DNA of 63,618 bases, filler included. It is 6 parts of 6 records of this genome, joined end to end, with 100 filler letters (N's around TTAATTAATTAA, not from the genome) between each part and the next. Parts side by side here need not be neighbours in the genome. Positions count along the whole stretch, not along the records: positions 48,717 to 52,589 come from SRR9188677_98; positions 52,690 to 63,618 come from SRR9188677_102; 4 more parts are not named here. The stretch is one strand, 5' to 3'. The notes under the pieces were generated by a model. That model saw only the letters and a program-made list of their open reading frames with translations, ran no database searches and was not told where the DNA came from. Position numbers and translations under genes: made by a program. Position 1 is the first letter of the stretch. The number at the start of each line of letters is the position of its first letter. This document shows positions 49,575-57,943 of the stretch, piece by piece.

Positions 49575-50927
49575 ATGCACAAAAAATCCTTAATAATCGG
49601 AATCAATAATTACAAGCACTTTTCCGTGTTAGAAAACTGCATTAATGACGCAGAAGATATGCATGGGTTTCTTCAAGCAAATGGGTTTGAGAGTACATTA
49701 CTATTAGACCCAATACAAGCTGATTTAATAGAAGCAATTAAACAGTTTAAAGACTCCATTTCAGATGATACGGTCTCAATTGTGTTTTTTTCTGGACACG
49801 GGTTACAGGATGAAAAATATAATTTTCTGGTAGCTTCTGACTCTGAAGTAAGATTTATAGAAGACATAAAATATAACTGTATACTCGCTGATGACTTGTT
49901 GATAAAAACCTCAAAAAGAAATCTACATTTAATAATATTTGATGCTTGTAGGAATAATCCATATTATAACGGCAATAAAGGAGGCTCAATTGGTCTATTG
50001 AAGATGGACGCACCAGCGGGAACATTAATTGCTTTCTCAACAAGTCCTAACTCAGCTTCTATCGAAAGGGCTGGTGAAAGAAATGGAGTATACACTAAGT
50101 ACTTATTAAAAAATATGCAGACTCCCAATTTGCCAGCTGAATTGGTATTTAAGAATACAAGAAATGATGTGATGAAGGACACATTAGAAAAGCAAATTCC
50201 GTGGGAGGAATCATCTTTGTTTGGAGATCATTTTTCTTTTATCAAAAATGATGAAGATACTATTGAGAAAATAATCATTGAGCATTTATCAAGCAATAAA
50301 CCATTATTGCTTCCTGAAGTAATGTCTTTTCTAAAAGTTTCAATTTTTGAAACTGAACCCGTCGCAAGACTACTCCTGATTCTAACAGCGATAAAAATTA
50401 GTTTTTCTAATGAAGAAAAGGGTATTACTGCAAGAACCGTTGACCAGGATTACTTTAATGATACTTTATTTAGCCACTATTACCCTCTATTTGAAAAAAG
50501 GTTGACTAGAGAAGACCCTGCTTCAGAAATTTTTGATTTGGAAACTCTTGGCGGATTAACAATAGTGAAAGATGTAAATTTTGGATATAACTGTTTAGAA
50601 CAACCTGATGAATCATTTTCCCAAGCAATGATAAATTATGTAAAATTCAATAATGAAGATGGGATTGTATGTTTTTATCTGTTTGTTAAAGACAATGAAC
50701 ATATTTTAAAACCTGTCATCATCACATTGCACGATAATAAAATTAAACTATACTACTATTCAATTATTACTGGCGAGAAAGTGAATGAATTATCAGATGC
50801 TTACTTTAAGTTACGACTTCCATTTGAAAAAGAAGTACCCCAATGGGATAACCTTACTACAGCTACAATTACAACTGGAGAATGGACTGAAGAAAATTTC
50901 GATAATTTTTTTAGGTCGAAAGAATAA
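49575..50927 (+). CDS. Caspase-family (peptidase C14) protein with unknown C-terminal domain
   Basis: LIIGINNY, CINDA, FFSGHG (catalytic His), IFDACRNNP (catalytic Cys), NGVYT, QIPW. Confidence 0.9.
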   Translation: MHKKSLIIGINNYKHFSVLENCINDAEDMHGFLQANGFESTLLLDPIQADLIEAIKQFKDSISDDTVSIVFFSGHGLQDEKYNFLVASDSEVRFIEDIKYNCILADDLLIKTSKRNLHLIIFDACRNNPYYNGNKGGSIGLLKMDAPAGTLIAFSTSPNSASIERAGERNGVYTKYLLKNMQTPNLPAELVFKNTRNDVMKDTLEKQIPWEESSLFGDHFSFIKNDEDTIEKIIIEHLSSNKPLLLPEVMSFLKVSIFETEPVARLLLILTAIKISFSNEEKGITARTVDQDYFNDTLFSHYYPLFEKRLTREDPASEIFDLETLGGLTIVKDVNFGYNCLEQPDESFSQAMINYVKFNNEDGIVCFYLFVKDNEHILKPVIITLHDNKIKLYYYSIITGEKVNELSDAYFKLRLPFEKEVPQWDNLTTATITTGEWTEENFDNFFRSKE

Positions 50928-50930
50928 AAC

Positions 50931-51129
50931 TACACATAACAAAAGTATTTGCAAAAGCAGGACTAGACGTTGTTATCTTCGGCTGTAGCTCGCTATCAGC
51001 TTCAGTTTCGGCTAGACGTTAGTAATTTGGCTTTTTGTTGTTATCTTAAAATTCAGTTTTTCAATCAGCATTTGTTCCAGGCTGGACGTTAACGTCCCTG
51101 CCTTCGCAAATACTCTAACGTTGTCATTA
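50931..51129 (+). repeat. attC-like element 2
   Basis: TACACATAAC-aaaa-GTATTTGCAAAAGCAGG ... CCTGCCTTCGCAAATAC-tctaac-GTTGTCATTA. Confidence 0.78.
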
Positions 51130-51159
51130 ATTCTAAAAGATGAGACAAGAAACTTGTAA

Positions 51160-51315
51160 CTTCAACTATGTGCAAGCATCCGTAGTAATTCCACCCGACG
51201 TTCATTACTCACCTTTAGTTTTTAACTTCAACGGCATATTTTCAATTAAGCATTTGACAGGGATGGACAATCAATGAATCTCTGCCTTCGCAAATACTCG
51301 AACGTTATAGGGCAT
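51160..51315 (+). repeat. attC-like element 3, 5'-truncated
   Basis: Keeps internal motifs (CTATGTGCAA, GACGTT, TTTTCAATTAAGCATTTG) and right arm CTGCCTTCGCAAATAC-tcgaac-GTTATAGGGCAT but lacks the left arm. Confidence 0.7.
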
Positions 51316-51355
51316 TTTAAAAGATTACACAACGACAATCAAAACGAATTTAAAA

Positions 51356-52552
51356 ATGATAATAAAAAAATGTTCACATTGTGACAATAACATAAGGATA
51401 CATCCTGTAAAATTTCCAGTAATGAATGACCATGGTGGAATTATTGTAGAATGTGAAAAATGCAACAAACTTTCATTTTGTGAAACTATAAATCCAGTTG
51501 AAACGGGAATTTCAAAAGGCGGAAGAAAAATTGACACTTGGGACATAGATATAACATCAAAAGAAGTAGCAATTTCTAAGTATTCAGACATTAAAGAACT
51601 AAAAGAGGGTTTGTTAGTTGTTGGAGACTTAGAAGTGCGTGAATACGAATTTAATTTTAATACGCCTCACATATATCATTGCTCAAATTGTAGAAATGAG
51701 ATTGAGAGTGTAGCAAAAAACGAATTGATTAATGAGAGTCAAAAAATTGTTAAACAATATGACTGTTTAATGAACTATATCTTGGCTAATCATAAACAAG
51801 AATGTGACAATTTAATAGTAGAAGTAAATGCAGAATGTAGTTGCGGAAATGTTTTCGTTTCTTACTGGCATAAAAAATTCGTAGCCGACAATAAGCAAAT
51901 TAGTCCAGAAAAAGACCTTTTCCTCATAGGTACAGATATGCCAATTAACACTTCTTCTATCGATGGAATAATGTCAAAAAATGATTGCAAAAGAATTTTG
52001 GAAAAATTTATTATTCGATGGAATGCAATTTATCCAAGATTACTAATTGTGACTCCATTTGTTGGACATCAATGGTTATCACAGGAAGAAATAATAGAAT
52101 TGTGGGACTGGATAAAGAACTTTCTTGACCCAGAGAAATCTTCTTTAGTTACTAGGACTGCGACTTACAATAAATATAAGAAGGCTTGCGAAGAGAAAGG
52201 CGTGAGTTTAGAATTATTAGAGAAATATGGATTAAACAACTCAATCATACAAGAATTTACAAAGAAGCAGGACTTTCATGCCAAAATATATGTTGGATAT
52301 TCTTCAGAAAACACAGAAATGTTATTAGGCTCTTTTAATCTTATGGAGGGTCCATCAGTTGAAAATATTACTTTCAAATCAACTGACTACAATACTTTCA
52401 AAAATAAATTTGTAACTCCAATGCATATTCCTGTCGTTAATCCTGACAGTATCGAATTACATTGGCTGAGAATTTATCAAAATGAAGATGAATGGTGCGC
52501 TAATTGGATTAAAAGTTTAGACATCTTGACTAAAATCATGACGTATGAATAG
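51356..52552 (+). CDS. Zn-ribbon plus PLD/Nuc-like nuclease domain protein
   Basis: CSHC, CEKC, CSNC and CSCG pairs in the N-terminal half; C-terminal TPF...FHAKIY...GSFNL (HxK...GSxN). Confidence 0.75.
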   Translation: MIIKKCSHCDNNIRIHPVKFPVMNDHGGIIVECEKCNKLSFCETINPVETGISKGGRKIDTWDIDITSKEVAISKYSDIKELKEGLLVVGDLEVREYEFNFNTPHIYHCSNCRNEIESVAKNELINESQKIVKQYDCLMNYILANHKQECDNLIVEVNAECSCGNVFVSYWHKKFVADNKQISPEKDLFLIGTDMPINTSSIDGIMSKNDCKRILEKFIIRWNAIYPRLLIVTPFVGHQWLSQEEIIELWDWIKNFLDPEKSSLVTRTATYNKYKKACEEKGVSLELLEKYGLNNSIIQEFTKKQDFHAKIYVGYSSENTEMLLGSFNLMEGPSVENITFKSTDYNTFKNKFVTPMHIPVVNPDSIELHWLRIYQNEDEWCANWIKSLDILTKIMTYE

Positions 52553-52589
52553 AAAAACTCTCAAACTAGTCGTAGGTTGTTTCCTACGA

Positions 52590-52689
52590 NNNNNNNNNNN
52601 NNNNNNNNNNNNNNNNNNNNNNNNNNNNNNNNNTTAATTAATTAANNNNNNNNNNNNNNNNNNNNNNNNNNNNNNNNNNNNNNNNNNNN
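52590..52689. other. Artificial contig spacer
   Basis: N run + TTAATTAATTAA + N run. Confidence 0.98.
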
Positions 52690-52761
52690 TAAAATCAAGT
52701 TTAAAAATTTTGATTTCATGATAAAAATTGTATTTTTGTTAAACGTGAATTTGTACTTTTT

Positions 52762-53295
52762 GTGGAATTAAGCCCAAAACATATTCTTTTTTGCATTAAA
52801 TGCACATTTTTGATACTTTTCTTCATCAAAACAAATCCAATATCTGCGAGTAAAAATAGTACTAATCTAAGTTTTTTTGTTGATGAACATAGCGTTGTTT
52901 TAAATAACAATTCGATATTATCTTCTAAGGATTTCTCTAAAATGAATGGCTTTTCATGCCAAAACAATAATAACTCATCAAAGCGATACAAGTCATTAAA
53001 AGCCTTACGTAATCATGCTTATTTTTTCTCATTAGAAAACCTCATTTTGGGTTTTGATGATTCTGATTTGGATGATGACGAACAACAACAAGTTCAGAAA
53101 AAAACAAAGACTTCAAAACGTAACAGAACAGCTTGTATCGGTAATATCTTTAGCCCAGCTGATACTTTTATATTTGATATTAATAATCTTCATGAGACGA
53201 AAAGTAATTTCATCTACAAAGATGCTCATTACCTCGACGTCATTATTTTATTCCACTCACCACCCCCAGAATACTCCCTTTTTTTAGTGGCTTAG
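52762..53295 (+). CDS. Hypothetical leader-like protein ending FHSPPPE upstream of the RND operon
   Basis: Hydrophobic N-terminus, acidic/low-complexity middle, C-terminal HSPPP; start uncertain. Confidence 0.5.
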   Translation: MELSPKHILFCIKCTFLILFFIKTNPISASKNSTNLSFFVDEHSVVLNNNSILSSKDFSKMNGFSCQNNNNSSKRYKSLKALRNHAYFFSLENLILGFDDSDLDDDEQQQVQKKTKTSKRNRTACIGNIFSPADTFIFDINNLHETKSNFIYKDAHYLDVIILFHSPPPEYSLFLVA

Positions 53296-53589
53296 TATTC
53301 CAAAAACTTTCTTAAAAATTTGTGTTAATGATTGATAGAGCCTTCGTTTCTTACGAAGATTTATCGCTATGGCTATTCTTTTTTGAAAGATTTTGATCCG
53401 TAAAATCTTAATGTATTGTAAAACTGAAAATTTATTCAGTATCTCAGAAACTCCTAGAAAAGTTTCCTGATAGCGTATTGATTTTTGATAAAAACATCTC
53501 ACTCTTTTTTAGTGAGGAAGACTTTATTGGGTTTTGCCTAAAGCACTCTATTTACCCAAATGTATTTATTCACTTAATTTATTTATGTA

Positions 53590-54708
53590 ATGAAAAAAGT
53601 ATTCATGCTTACATGCTTCAGTGCTGTTTTATTGATGACGGCATGTTCAACAAACAAAGACAGTAAAGAAAAACAAGAAGAATTTCCGACGACTAACCCA
53701 ATCGTCATTGATACAGAGTACAATAATGATTATGTGTCAGACATCAACGCTATCAAGAATGTAGAAATTCGTGCGAGAGTAAAAGGTTATATCGAAAAAA
53801 TTTATGTGGACGAAGGGAAATTTGTAAAGCAAGGACAAATATTATTTAGCATCAGTAGTCAAGAATATAAAGAAGAAATATTGAAGGCAAAAGCATTGCT
53901 AAAAAGTGCTATTGCAGAAGCAAAAGCAGCAGAATTGAATCTGCAAAATGTGAAATTGTTGGTTGATAAAAATGTAGTTTCTAAAACAGAATATGAAATG
54001 GCAAAAGCAAAATTAGATGCTTTGAATGCCAGAATTGAAGAAGCACAGTCGCATGAAACAAGTGCTAAATTAAAATTATCATTTACTGAAATCAAAGCAC
54101 CATTTGATGGTATTGTTGATAGAATTCCGAACAAAATAGGAAGTTTAATCGACGAAGGAACATTACTAACCACGATTTCAGACAACCAAGAAGTATTTGC
54201 TTACTTCAACGTATCTGAAAAAGAATATTTAGAGTTTGCTAAAACCATCAGAGAATCTGCAAAAAGCGAAGTATCTCTAATTTTGGCGAATAACGAAACA
54301 CATAATTATAAAGGAAATATTGAAACGATTGAAGGAGAGTTTGATAAAAATACAGGAAGTATTGCTTTTAGAGCACGTTTTTCAAATCCTGAAAAAATAT
54401 TAAAACATGGTTCAAGCGGTAAAGTAAGAATTAAAAATAATGTAAAAGGTGCGTTAGTGATTCCGCAGAAATCAACTTTTGAAATTCAAGATAAGATTTT
54501 TGTGTATGTGTTGGATAAAGACAATAAAGTACAAACCAGAAGTATAGTGCCAAGGTTGAGAATCCCACATTTGTATGTCATAGAATCAGGCGTTACAACA
54601 AGTGATAGAATTATTTATGAAGGTATTCAGAATGTGAAAGATGGCATGAAAGTCATTCCAGAAATGATTTCGATGACAAAAATTATTGATGATTTAAGAA
54701 ATAAGTAA
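53590..54708 (+). CDS. RND efflux periplasmic adaptor (MFP) lipoprotein
   Basis: Lipobox MTAC; VEIRARVKGYI..VDEG..VKQGQILF; IKAPFDG. Confidence 0.93.
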   Translation: MKKVFMLTCFSAVLLMTACSTNKDSKEKQEEFPTTNPIVIDTEYNNDYVSDINAIKNVEIRARVKGYIEKIYVDEGKFVKQGQILFSISSQEYKEEILKAKALLKSAIAEAKAAELNLQNVKLLVDKNVVSKTEYEMAKAKLDALNARIEEAQSHETSAKLKLSFTEIKAPFDGIVDRIPNKIGSLIDEGTLLTTISDNQEVFAYFNVSEKEYLEFAKTIRESAKSEVSLILANNETHNYKGNIETIEGEFDKNTGSIAFRARFSNPEKILKHGSSGKVRIKNNVKGALVIPQKSTFEIQDKIFVYVLDKDNKVQTRSIVPRLRIPHLYVIESGVTTSDRIIYEGIQNVKDGMKVIPEMISMTKIIDDLRNK

Positions 54709-54793
54709 TCATCATCTTTCAAGCTGTAATCGACATTATCAGTATTGAAATGTTTCGATTAAATATCTTTCATCAATCCAAAGACGCAAAAAT

Positions 54794-57700
54794 ATGTTTA
54801 CAACATTCATCAATAGGCCAGTGCTGTCAATCGTAATTTCCCTGATAATTCTATTATTAGGGCTTTTAGCAATGACACAACTGCCCGTTACACAGTTCCC
54901 AGATATTGCTCCACCAGCAGTAACGGTTACAACAAAATATACAGGTGCCAATGCCGAAGTATGTGCCAAAGCAGTAGTTACTCCGCTAGAGCGTGCCATC
55001 AATGGTGTTCCCGGAATGACTTATATGACATCCGTTTCAGGTAATGACGGAACAAGTATCGTACAAGTATATTTTCAAGTAGGAACAGACCCAGATTTAG
55101 CGGCTGTAAACGTGCAGAACAGGGTTTCAACAGTTTTGGATGAATTACCCGAAGAAGTAATTAAAGCGGGGGTTTCTACCGAAAAAGAAGTAAACAGTAT
55201 GTTGATGTACCTAAACATCATGACGAGTGATACTACTGCGGATGAGAAATTCTTGTACAATTTTACTGACATTAACATTCTTGCAGAATTAAAAAGAATT
55301 GATGGAGTAGGTTTTGCCGACATCATGGGCCAACGTGAATATTCTATGCGTGTGTGGTTAAAACCAGATAGAATGACAGCCTATAATGTTTCGGCAGAAG
55401 ACATCATGAATGCCCTAAGAAGCCAAAACGTTGAAGCTGCACCCGGAAAAATTGGAGAAAGTTCTGGTAGAAAAGCGCAGTCTTTGCAGTATGTATTACG
55501 TTACACAGGTAAATACACAAAAATTGAACAGTATGAAAATGTAATCATCAAGGCTAATCCTAACGGAGAAATTCTTCGTTTAAAAGAGGTTGCAGATATA
55601 GAATTTGGTTCGCTTGATTATGACGTACTTTCTAAAGAAAATGGAAAACCGTCTGCGGCGATTATCTTGAAACAAAGACCGGGTTCGAATGCTAGTCAAG
55701 TAATTGCAAATGTAAAGAAAAGAATGGCTGAGTTGAAAGTAGCAACTTTCCCTCCCGGAATGGACTATAACATCAGTTATGACGTTTCTCGTTTCTTGGA
55801 TGCCTCTATTCACGAAGTAATCAAAACCCTTATTGAAGCCTTTATTTTGGTGGCTTTGGTTGTATTTATTTTCTTACAAGATTTCCGCTCTACTTTGATT
55901 CCTGCATTAGCAGTACCTGTTTCTTTGATTGGTACTTTCTTCTTTATGCAGATTTTTGGTTTTTCTATTAACTTATTAACCCTTTTTGCCTTAGTATTAG
56001 CTATCGGGATTGTAGTAGATAACGCCATTGTGGTTGTGGAAGCCGTTCACGCAAAAATGGAAACAGAACATCTGGATGCCAGAGAAGCAACGATTTCATC
56101 TATGAACGAAATCAGCGGAGCGATTGTAGCGATTACTTTGGTAATGACAGCCGTATTTATTCCTGTAGCATTTTTATCTGGTCCAGTTGGGGTTTTCTAT
56201 CGACAGTTTTCCATTACCATGGCGATTGCCATTGTGATTTCTGGGGTAAATGCCTTAACGTTAACGCCAGCACTTTGTGCCATTATGTTGAAAAACAATC
56301 ATGGAAAACCTAAAAAAGTAACATTAATAAGTAGATTCTTTGATCAGTTCAACAAGAAATATGATGGTTTGTCGGATGGATATAAAGCGTTATTGGGTTC
56401 GATTGCGAATAGAAGAGTAGTTACTTTCTTGATGTTAATTTTCTTTATTGGTGCTACTTGGGGTACAAATATCTTTTTGTCTTCTGGCTTTATTCCAACA
56501 GAAGACCAAGGTACAGTTTATGCTAACGTAACAACTCCATCAGGTTCGACAGTTGAAAGAACAGAAGCCGTAATGGATGAAATTCAGAAAGCAACAACTG
56601 AAATAGAAGCCGTAGAATCAATTTCTACTTTATCAGGTTTTAGTTTGCTAACAGACGGTTCGGGTGCTTCTTTCGGGATGGGGATGATTAACCTAAAGGC
56701 TTGGGAAGAAAGAAAAGAATCGGTAGATGATGTTGTTGAAATTTTGAAAGAAAAAACTAAAAATATCAAAGATGCAAGTATTCAGTTTTTCCCACCGCCA
56801 GCAGTACCGGGTTATGGTAATGCCAGTGGTTTTGAATTAAGAGTACAAGACAGAACAGGTAATGGCGATTTGCAAAAACTTCAAAAAGTAACACAAACTT
56901 TTATTGAAGAATTGAATAAACGACCAGAAATTCAGAATGCTTTTACCAGTTTTGATGCGAGTTTTCCACAATATTTAATCAATGTGGATAACGATAAAGC
57001 AGCGCAAAAAGGCGTTTCTGTGAATAATGCAATGGATAATCTACAGTCTTTGATTGGTAGTTTTTATGCAACAAACTTTATTCGTTTTGGACAAATGTAT
57101 AAAGTAATGATTCAGGCATTGCCAAAATACCGTGCGCAACCAGATGACATTTTAAGAATGTATGTGAAAAATGACAAAGGTGAAATGGTTCCTTATTCTG
57201 CTTTTATCAGAGTAGAACGGGTTTATGGTCCAGAACAGCTTACTCGTTATAATATGTACACTTCGGCGATGATTAACGGCGAACCTGCTCCGGGTTTCAG
57301 TAGTGGTAAAGCCATTGAAGCCATCAAAGAAGTAGCTTTAGAAAAACTTCCTAAAGGATATACTTATGACTGGTCGGGGATGACACGAGATGAAATCTTA
57401 TCAGGCGACCAAGCTATTTATATTTTTATCATTTGTTTAATCTTCGTTTATCTTTTATTAGCTGCCCAATATGAAAGCTTCTTATTACCAATTCCAGTAA
57501 TTCTTTCTTTACCAACGGGTATATTCGGCGCATTTGCTTTACTCTTGGTTTTAGGTTTACAGAACAACATTTATGCACAAGTAGCCCTTGTCATGCTGAT
57601 TGGTCTATTGGGTAAAAATGCCATTTTGATTGTAGAGTTTGCCATTTTAAAACAAAAAGAAGGACGTACTCCACTTGAAGCTGCTATTGAAGGGGCAGTA

Positions 57701-57940
57701 TCAAGATTAAGACCAATCTTAATGACTTCTTTTGCCTTCATTGCAGGATTAATTCCTTTGATGACCGCCTCTGGTGCTGGTGCTATCGGTAACCGGACAA
57801 TTGGTTCGGCAGCAGCAGGCGGTATGCTTTTCGGGACGGTTTTTGGCGTAATAATTATTCCGGGATTGTACGTGATTTTTGCAACAATGGCACTGAAAAA
57901 AACTAAGAAAAATAAGAAAGAAGAATTAATTCTTAATTAG
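54794..57940 (+). CDS. RND efflux permease (HAE1/AcrB family)
   Basis: FINRPV, QFPDIAPP, AIGIVVDNAIVVVE, KNAILIVEFA, RLRPILMTS. Confidence 0.96.
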   Translation: MFTTFINRPVLSIVISLIILLLGLLAMTQLPVTQFPDIAPPAVTVTTKYTGANAEVCAKAVVTPLERAINGVPGMTYMTSVSGNDGTSIVQVYFQVGTDPDLAAVNVQNRVSTVLDELPEEVIKAGVSTEKEVNSMLMYLNIMTSDTTADEKFLYNFTDINILAELKRIDGVGFADIMGQREYSMRVWLKPDRMTAYNVSAEDIMNALRSQNVEAAPGKIGESSGRKAQSLQYVLRYTGKYTKIEQYENVIIKANPNGEILRLKEVADIEFGSLDYDVLSKENGKPSAAIILKQRPGSNASQVIANVKKRMAELKVATFPPGMDYNISYDVSRFLDASIHEVIKTLIEAFILVALVVFIFLQDFRSTLIPALAVPVSLIGTFFFMQIFGFSINLLTLFALVLAIGIVVDNAIVVVEAVHAKMETEHLDAREATISSMNEISGAIVAITLVMTAVFIPVAFLSGPVGVFYRQFSITMAIAIVISGVNALTLTPALCAIMLKNNHGKPKKVTLISRFFDQFNKKYDGLSDGYKALLGSIANRRVVTFLMLIFFIGATWGTNIFLSSGFIPTEDQGTVYANVTTPSGSTVERTEAVMDEIQKATTEIEAVESISTLSGFSLLTDGSGASFGMGMINLKAWEERKESVDDVVEILKEKTKNIKDASIQFFPPPAVPGYGNASGFELRVQDRTGNGDLQKLQKVTQTFIEELNKRPEIQNAFTSFDASFPQYLINVDNDKAAQKGVSVNNAMDNLQSLIGSFYATNFIRFGQMYKVMIQALPKYRAQPDDILRMYVKNDKGEMVPYSAFIRVERVYGPEQLTRYNMYTSAMINGEPAPGFSSGKAIEAIKEVALEKLPKGYTYDWSGMTRDEILSGDQAIYIFIICLIFVYLLLAAQYESFLLPIPVILSLPTGIFGAFALLLVLGLQNNIYAQVALVMLIGLLGKNAILIVEFAILKQKEGRTPLEAAIEGAVSRLRPILMTSFAFIAGLIPLMTASGAGAIGNRTIGSAAAGGMLFGTVFGVIIIPGLYVIFATMALKKTKKNKKEELILN

Positions 57941-57943
57941 AAA

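Larger units (their letters stand above)
48717..52589 (+). mobile_element. Integron-like gene cassette array (no integrase in the contig)
   Basis: Three co-oriented unrelated genes with short leaders separated by related ~200-bp imperfect palindromes with AAC...GTT ends. Confidence 0.72.

Noticed and set aside
51140-51277. 45-aa ORF as a genuine cassette gene
   Set aside because: Most of it is recognisable internal sequence of the attC-like element
48717-52589. CRISPR array or plain terminators as the explanation for the repeats
   Set aside because: Units are ~200 bp, separated by whole genes, lack U-tails, have gene-specific matching ends, and no cas genes are present
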